Shown here piece by piece: positions 19,597-24,000 of a stretch of DNA of 24,000 nucleotides. This stretch comes from Buchnera aphidicola (Periphyllus testudinaceus) (lineage in GTDB: Bacteria; Pseudomonadota; Gammaproteobacteria; Enterobacterales; Enterobacteriaceae): positions 115,416 through 139,415 of the forward strand of contig NZ_OZ060380.1 of assembly GCF_964059035.1 (NCBI RefSeq). The letters are read 5' to 3'. Within the stretch, counting starts at the first letter, position 1. The number at the start of each line of letters is the position of its first letter. The notes below the pieces were generated by a model that was not told the DNA's origin, ran no database searches, and saw nothing but the letters and a program-made list of their open reading frames with translations. Position numbers and translations under genes: made by a program.

Positions 19597-21048
19597 ATGA
19601 TTTCTATGTTTAAACAGTTTTTTTTTATATCTCCTTTGTTAATTTTATCGATTTCAATTGTATTAAATTTATTTATAATTATTCATAAAAGAAATTTTTT
19701 TTTATCTTTTTTAACAACTTTGTTTGGTTTAATTTTTTCTTTATTTTTTTTTATTTTATTAATAAATAATTCTAATATAAATTTAAAATATTTTTTATTT
19801 TTTCAGTTAAGTATTTTTTATGTTCTATTATTTTTTTTAGGAAGTATAATAACTTGCATAATTTCTTATATATGGTTACGAAGTAAATCATTTAATAAAG
19901 AAGAATTTTATTTATTACTTTTAATATCTAATATAGGTGGTTGTTTATTATTTTTATGTAATAATATTTTTTCTTTATTTATTGGAATAGAATTATTATC
20001 TTTACCTTTATTTGGAATGATAAGTTATGATTCATCAAAAAATTTTAAAACTTTAGAATCTGCTTTTAAATATTTTATTTTATCTAGTATTTCATCTATT
20101 TTTTTATTATTAGGAATTTCTCTTATATATCTTTCTTCTGGTACTTTAAATTTTTTTATATTAAAGTCTTTAGTTTCTTTTTCAATGATAAATTTTTATG
20201 TTTCATTTTTTTTTGGATTAATGTTTATTTTAGTTTCTTTTTTTATAAAAATTACAGTTTTTCCGTTTTATTTTTGGATTCCTGATATTTATGAAGTAAC
20301 TTCTTTTCCTGTATTAATTTATTTTTCTAATTCAATAAAAATAATTTTTTTTGTAATTTTATCAAAATTATTTTTTTTATTTCCTTATATAGATTTTTTA
20401 TCTGTTTTAAAAATTTTAAAATATATAGTTTTTTTTTCTATTTTAATAGGAAGTATTTTAGCTTTATTTCAAAAAAATATAAAAAGATTAATTGGTTATT
20501 CTTCTATTGTTAGTTCTGGGTATTTATTAATTATTTTAATTTTTTTATATAATGATAATTTATTTAATGAGGCAGCAAGAATTTATTTATTAGGATATTT
20601 TTTAAACAGTATTGTTTTATTTAGTTCAATGACTCTTATTTCAGCATTTTTTAAAGATAAAAATTCTCATTCTTTTAAAAATTATAAGGGTTGTTTTTGG
20701 AAAAGTTATATTTTATCTATATCAATTATAATATCTTTATTTTCTATGATTGGTTTTCCTTTAACAATAGGTTTTTTTAGTAAGTTTTATCTTTTAAGAT
20801 TAGTTGTTGAAAATCATAATACTCTTTTTGGAATAAGCATTCTTTTTGAAAGTGTTATTAGTTTGTATTATTATATAAATTTTATAAAAATATTTTTTTA
20901 TAAAAAGAAAAAATATTTTATAAATAAATTACCTATTGAAACTAATTTATATAAATTTTTTAAAATTGTTATTTTTTGTTTATCTTTATTAATAATTTTA
21001 ATAGGATTTTTTCCAAATTTTTTAAAATTTTTAAATTATTCTGTTTAA
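19597..21048 (+). CDS. nuoN: NADH-quinone oxidoreductase subunit N
   Basis: 483 aa from the ATG at 19597, with an AAGGTGA SD at 19582-19588. The track's GTG at 19585 lies inside that SD and would give 487 aa. EFYLLLLISNIGGCLL, LFIGIELLSLPLFG and IKRLIGYSSIVSSGYLL match NuoN. Confidence 0.92.
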   Translation: MISMFKQFFFISPLLILSISIVLNLFIIIHKRNFFLSFLTTLFGLIFSLFFFILLINNSNINLKYFLFFQLSIFYVLLFFLGSIITCIISYIWLRSKSFNKEEFYLLLLISNIGGCLLFLCNNIFSLFIGIELLSLPLFGMISYDSSKNFKTLESAFKYFILSSISSIFLLLGISLIYLSSGTLNFFILKSLVSFSMINFYVSFFFGLMFILVSFFIKITVFPFYFWIPDIYEVTSFPVLIYFSNSIKIIFFVILSKLFFLFPYIDFLSVLKILKYIVFFSILIGSILALFQKNIKRLIGYSSIVSSGYLLIILIFLYNDNLFNEAARIYLLGYFLNSIVLFSSMTLISAFFKDKNSHSFKNYKGCFWKSYILSISIIISLFSMIGFPLTIGFFSKFYLLRLVVENHNTLFGISILFESVISLYYYINFIKIFFYKKKKYFINKLPIETNLYKFFKIVIFCLSLLIILIGFFPNFLKFLNYSV

Positions 21049-21689
21049 AATATATTATTAGTTAAATTATAGGAGTAAATTTTTTATTATTTTTTACTTA
21101 TAAAAGACAGATTAAATTAATTTTTTGTTGGAAAAATGAAATTTAAATTTAAATATATTAAAAAATTTTTCAAGATTTTTAATTTAATATTTTAAATTAA
21201 TAATTATGTTTTATAGTTTTAAAAAAAAATATAAAATTATATTAAAATTTATTATTTAAGAAAATAAATTTTTTTAATATTTTTGTTTTTTAAAAAATTT
21301 TACTATTTTATTTTTTATAGATTTATTTTATAAATATATGTTGTATTATTTTTTTTTTTTTATTTTTTATTTTTTAAATATTTTTTATTCAAATTATTTT
21401 TAATAATTATTTAAATTATAAAAAAATTAAAATTTTTTAAGATTATTTTTAAAATTTTTATTGTGTTTTTATATAATATTTTAATTATATAAAATAAATT
21501 TTATTAATTTTTGTATTTTATTAGATATTTTTTTATAATTTTTAAAAAATTATGTTTTATTTTAAATTATTAAAATAATTATTTTTAATATTTTTAATAC
21601 ATGTAAAGAAAAAATATGAAAAATAACTTTTTTTTTAAAAAAGTTATTTTTTTAATAAGGTATAGATTAATAAAAAATTTGGAAAAAGT
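21049..21689. other. 641-bp ORF-free, ~6% G+C spacer between nuoN and cvpA (possible completely eroded gene remnant and/or cvpA promoter region)
   Basis: No ORF from the six-frame track falls here. My hand count gives 41 G/C in 641 bp, and 16 in the central 420 bp (21181-21600). Other same-strand spacers in the window are 1-120 bp. Confidence 0.6.
21619..21651. repeat. Perfect 15-bp inverted repeat with a 3-nt loop (AAAAATAACTTTTTT-TTT-AAAAAAGTTATTTTT) 38 nt upstream of cvpA
   Basis: Read directly: 21619-21633 pairs with 21637-21651, with a single C-G pair at 21627/21643. The rest is A/T and T residues follow. It could be a relic terminator of a lost upstream gene or a chance low-complexity palindrome. 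Confidence 0.35.
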
Positions 21690-22166
21690 ATGAATAAATA
21701 TGATTATTATATTGTTTTTATCGTTTTTTTATCTTCTATGATAGGTTTAATTCGAGGATTTGTGAGAGAAACTTTTTCTCTATTAATGTTTTTTTTAGGT
21801 ATTTTTATATTTTATATATTTTATTTTTATATTTTAGACGAGTTATCTTTTGTTGATCAATTTTTTACTAAATTAATTTGTATTTTTATATTTTTTGGAT
21901 TGATAGTTTTATTATGTGAATGTTTTGTTTTTTATTTTTTTAAAGATTTTTTTAAATTTATTGGAAATTTTTATTTTAATAATTTAGTTTTAGGGTTTTT
22001 TTTTGGTTTTTTTAGAGGTTTTAGTTTAATTTTTTTATGTATTTATGTATTTAATAATATTTTTCATATAAATAATTATTTTTATTTAAAAGATTCATTT
22101 TTAATTCCATTTTTTTTTAAGTTTATGTATTTTTTTAATTTTTTTAATAAAAATCATGTTGTATAA
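21690..22166 (+). CDS. cvpA: Colicin V production protein CvpA homologue (inner-membrane protein)
   Basis: 158 aa. The N-terminus YDYYIVFIVFLSSMIGLIRGFVRETFSLL matches E. coli CvpA as I recall it (IDYAIIAVIAFSSLVSLIRGFVREALSLV). GFFFGFFRGFSLIF aligns with the GVCFGALRGVLIV region. It is about 4 TM segments long, similar to E. coli (162 aa). Confidence 0.88.
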   Translation: MNKYDYYIVFIVFLSSMIGLIRGFVRETFSLLMFFLGIFIFYIFYFYILDELSFVDQFFTKLICIFIFFGLIVLLCECFVFYFFKDFFKFIGNFYFNNLVLGFFFGFFRGFSLIFLCIYVFNNIFHINNYFYLKDSFLIPFFFKFMYFFNFFNKNHVV

Positions 22167-22241
22167 AAAAAATTATTTTTATTTATGTTATCTTATTATA
22201 ATTATTTCATAATAAAAAAATAATTATGGGAGAAAAAATAA

Positions 22242-22730
22242 ATGATTGAAAAAATTATATATGCCTCTCGATGGTTTATGTTTCCAGTATATTTTGGTTT
22301 GTCTTTTGGATTTATTTTACTAACTTTAAAATTTTTCCAAGAAGTTTTATATATTCTTCCAGAAATACTTATTATTTCAGAATCTGGTTTAGTTTTAGTT
22401 GTATTATCTTTAATTGATATTGCTTTAGTAGGTGGATTATTAGTTATGGTAATGTTTTCTGGATATGAAAATTTTATATCTAAAATGGATATTAAAGATA
22501 ATCAAAAAAGATTAGGTTGGATGGGAACTATGGATGTAAATTCCATTAAAAATAAAGTTGCTTCTTCTATTGTTGCTATTTCTTCTGTTCATTTATTAAG
22601 ATTATTTATGGAAGCTGAAAAAGTTTTAGATAATAAAATAATTTTATGTGTAGTTATTCATTTAACTTTTGTCCTTTCTGCTTTTGGAATGGCGTATATT
22701 GATAAAATGAGTAAAAAAATAAAAAAATAA
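22242..22730 (+). CDS. yqhA: UPF0114 family inner-membrane protein YqhA homologue
   Basis: 162 aa. [55 protein letters not shown] and [11 protein letters not shown] all closely parallel E. coli YqhA as I recall it. A GGGAGA SD is at about 22228-22233. Confidence 0.88.
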   Translation: MIEKIIYASRWFMFPVYFGLSFGFILLTLKFFQEVLYILPEILIISESGLVLVVLSLIDIALVGGLLVMVMFSGYENFISKMDIKDNQKRLGWMGTMDVNSIKNKVASSIVAISSVHLLRLFMEAEKVLDNKIILCVVIHLTFVLSAFGMAYIDKMSKKIKK

Positions 22731-22776
22731 AAATTATTTCTTTAAAATTAATTTTTTTATGAAAAATTTAATAAAA

Positions 22777-23724
22777 TTAATGTTCAAACATAGCTGAAAT
22801 AGATTCTTCATTGCTTATTCTTTTTATTGCTTCAGCAAGCATATGAGCTAGAGTTAATGTTCGAACATTAGATAATTTTTTTATATTTTTGGATAATGGA
22901 ATTGTATCACATACAATAATTTCATTGATTTCAGATTTTTTAATATTTTGTAATATATTTCCTGAAAATACAGGATGAGTAGCGTATGCAAATATTCGAT
23001 TTGCTCCTCTTTTTTTAAGAGCATTGGAAGCATTACATAAAGTTCCTCCAGTATCTATTATATCATCTACTAATATACAATCTCTATTTTTAACATCGCC
23101 AATAATGTTCATTACTTGAGAAATATTTGTATTTGGTCTTCTTTTATCGATAATTGCTATATCTGTATCATTTAAAAGTTTAGCTATTGCTCTTGCTCGA
23201 ATAACACCCCCAATATCTGGAGATACGACTACAGGTTTGTAAAAATTTTTTTTTAACATATCTTCTAAAAAAATTAAACTTCCAAAAACGTTATCTACTG
23301 GTACATCAAAAAATCCTTGAATTTGTTCTGCATGAAGATCAACGGTTAATACTCTATCTATTCCAACATTTGATAAAAAATCTGCAATTACTTTAGCTGT
23401 TATTGGGACTCTAGCTGATCTAACTCTTTTATCTTGTCTAGAATATCCAAAATATGGTATTACTGCTGTAATTCTTCCAGCAGAAGCTCTTCTTAAAGCA
23501 TCTATAATTACAATTAGTTCCATTAAATTATCATTTGAAGGAGAACAAATTGATTGTATTATAAAAACGTCTCCTCCTCTTACGTTTTCGTTAATTTCTA
23601 CATTAATTTCTCCATCACTAAATCGGTTTACTATAGATTTTCCTAAATTAGAATTAAGAATTTTTACAATAAAATTTACTAATTTAGGAACAGAATTTCC
23701 AGCAAATAATTTTAAATCATCCAT
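22777..23724 (-). CDS. prs: Ribose-phosphate pyrophosphokinase (PRPP synthetase)
   Basis: 315 aa, near-colinear with E. coli Prs. [79 protein letters not shown] and [11 protein letters not shown] are present, and the C-terminus is [11 protein letters not shown]. An AGGAA SD lies upstream. Confidence 0.97.
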   Translation of the reverse strand: MDDLKLFAGNSVPKLVNFIVKILNSNLGKSIVNRFSDGEINVEINENVRGGDVFIIQSICSPSNDNLMELIVIIDALRRASAGRITAVIPYFGYSRQDKRVRSARVPITAKVIADFLSNVGIDRVLTVDLHAEQIQGFFDVPVDNVFGSLIFLEDMLKKNFYKPVVVSPDIGGVIRARAIAKLLNDTDIAIIDKRRPNTNISQVMNIIGDVKNRDCILVDDIIDTGGTLCNASNALKKRGANRIFAYATHPVFSGNILQNIKKSEINEIIVCDTIPLSKNIKKLSNVRTLTLAHMLAEAIKRISNEESISAMFEH

Positions 23725-24000
23725 ATTAATTCCTATTTTTGTTTAAATATTTTTAAATATTTTTTAAAATAAATTAAATATATAAAAATTATAAAAATAA
23801 AAAAATTTTTTTGTTAATTATTAATTTATTATTTTTTATAAATTTTAATAATATAAATATATTTATAATTATTTTATATTATAAATTTTATTAAAAAAAT
23901 AAAAAATGTATTTAAAAGAATTTTTTTTATATTTTAAAATAATACAAAAATAATTTTTTAAAATTTATATAATTTATTTATATAATATAAAAAATTTTAT

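Noticed and set aside
21202-21214. 13-mer AATTATGTTTTAT repeated at 21202-21214 and 21548-21560, with TTTAAATTA nearby in both copies
   Set aside because: By my rough estimate, many 13-mer coincidences are expected among about 2x10^5 position pairs in a 94% A/T sequence. The flanks do not extend the match, so there is no evidence for a genuine dispersed repeat.
21049-21689. Idea that the very A/T-rich spacer could be a replication origin or hold a tRNA/sRNA gene
   Set aside because: No DnaA-box-like 9-mers (TTATCCACA / TGTGGATAA or one-off variants) are visible. No segment has enough G/C to fold into a tRNA cloverleaf or a stable structured RNA. Origin-flanking genes (gidA/mnmG, dnaA, etc.) are not nearby.
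1-24000. Search for a novel system (defence island, toxin-antitoxin, secretion, mobile element, CRISPR, biosynthetic cluster)
   Set aside because: Every ORF above about 90 codons is a recognisable housekeeping gene in conserved enterobacterial/Buchnera-like context. The remaining DNA is near-pure A/T spacer without ORFs, direct repeats or spacer arrays, and there are no integrase, transposase or phage signatures. Claiming a new system would not be supported by the sequence.

Overview
This window reads as conserved core chromosome from an extremely A+T-rich, reduced gammaproteobacterial insect endosymbiont. The gene order ileS / rpsT / dnaJ-dnaK / nuoA-N / cvpA / yqhA / prs and the K/N/I/F-biased proteins look Buchnera aphidicola-like, but that call rests on my memory of Buchnera synteny, not on a search. 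I support 20 protein-coding genes. They are a 5'-partial ileS that is missing from the supplied ORF track because it runs off the left edge, rpsT, dnaJ, dnaK, a complete 13-gene NADH:quinone oxidoreductase operon (nuoA, B, fused CD, E-N, about 14.9 kb), cvpA, yqhA and prs. I see no rRNA, tRNA, CRISPR array, transposase, integrase, phage gene or defence-type gene, and every long ORF has a clear housekeeping identity. I therefore do NOT find a novel biological system here and will not invent one. The observations worth a second look are small-scale. (1) A G/C-containing sigma-32-like heat-shock promoter lies upstream of dnaK. (2) A hairpin plus U8 tract sits between dnaK and dnaJ, and a long hairpin sits between the convergent rpsT and dnaJ. 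(3) ribF is absent from the ileS-rpsT junction. (4) nuoK most likely starts at a TTG 66 nt downstream of the track's ATG. (5) A13-A14 homopolymers and a 12-bp tandem duplication occur inside intact genes. (6) A 641-bp ORF-free spacer after nuoN has about 6% G+C by hand count and may be a fully eroded gene. A further spacer of at least 276 bp upstream of prs has about 2.5% G+C.
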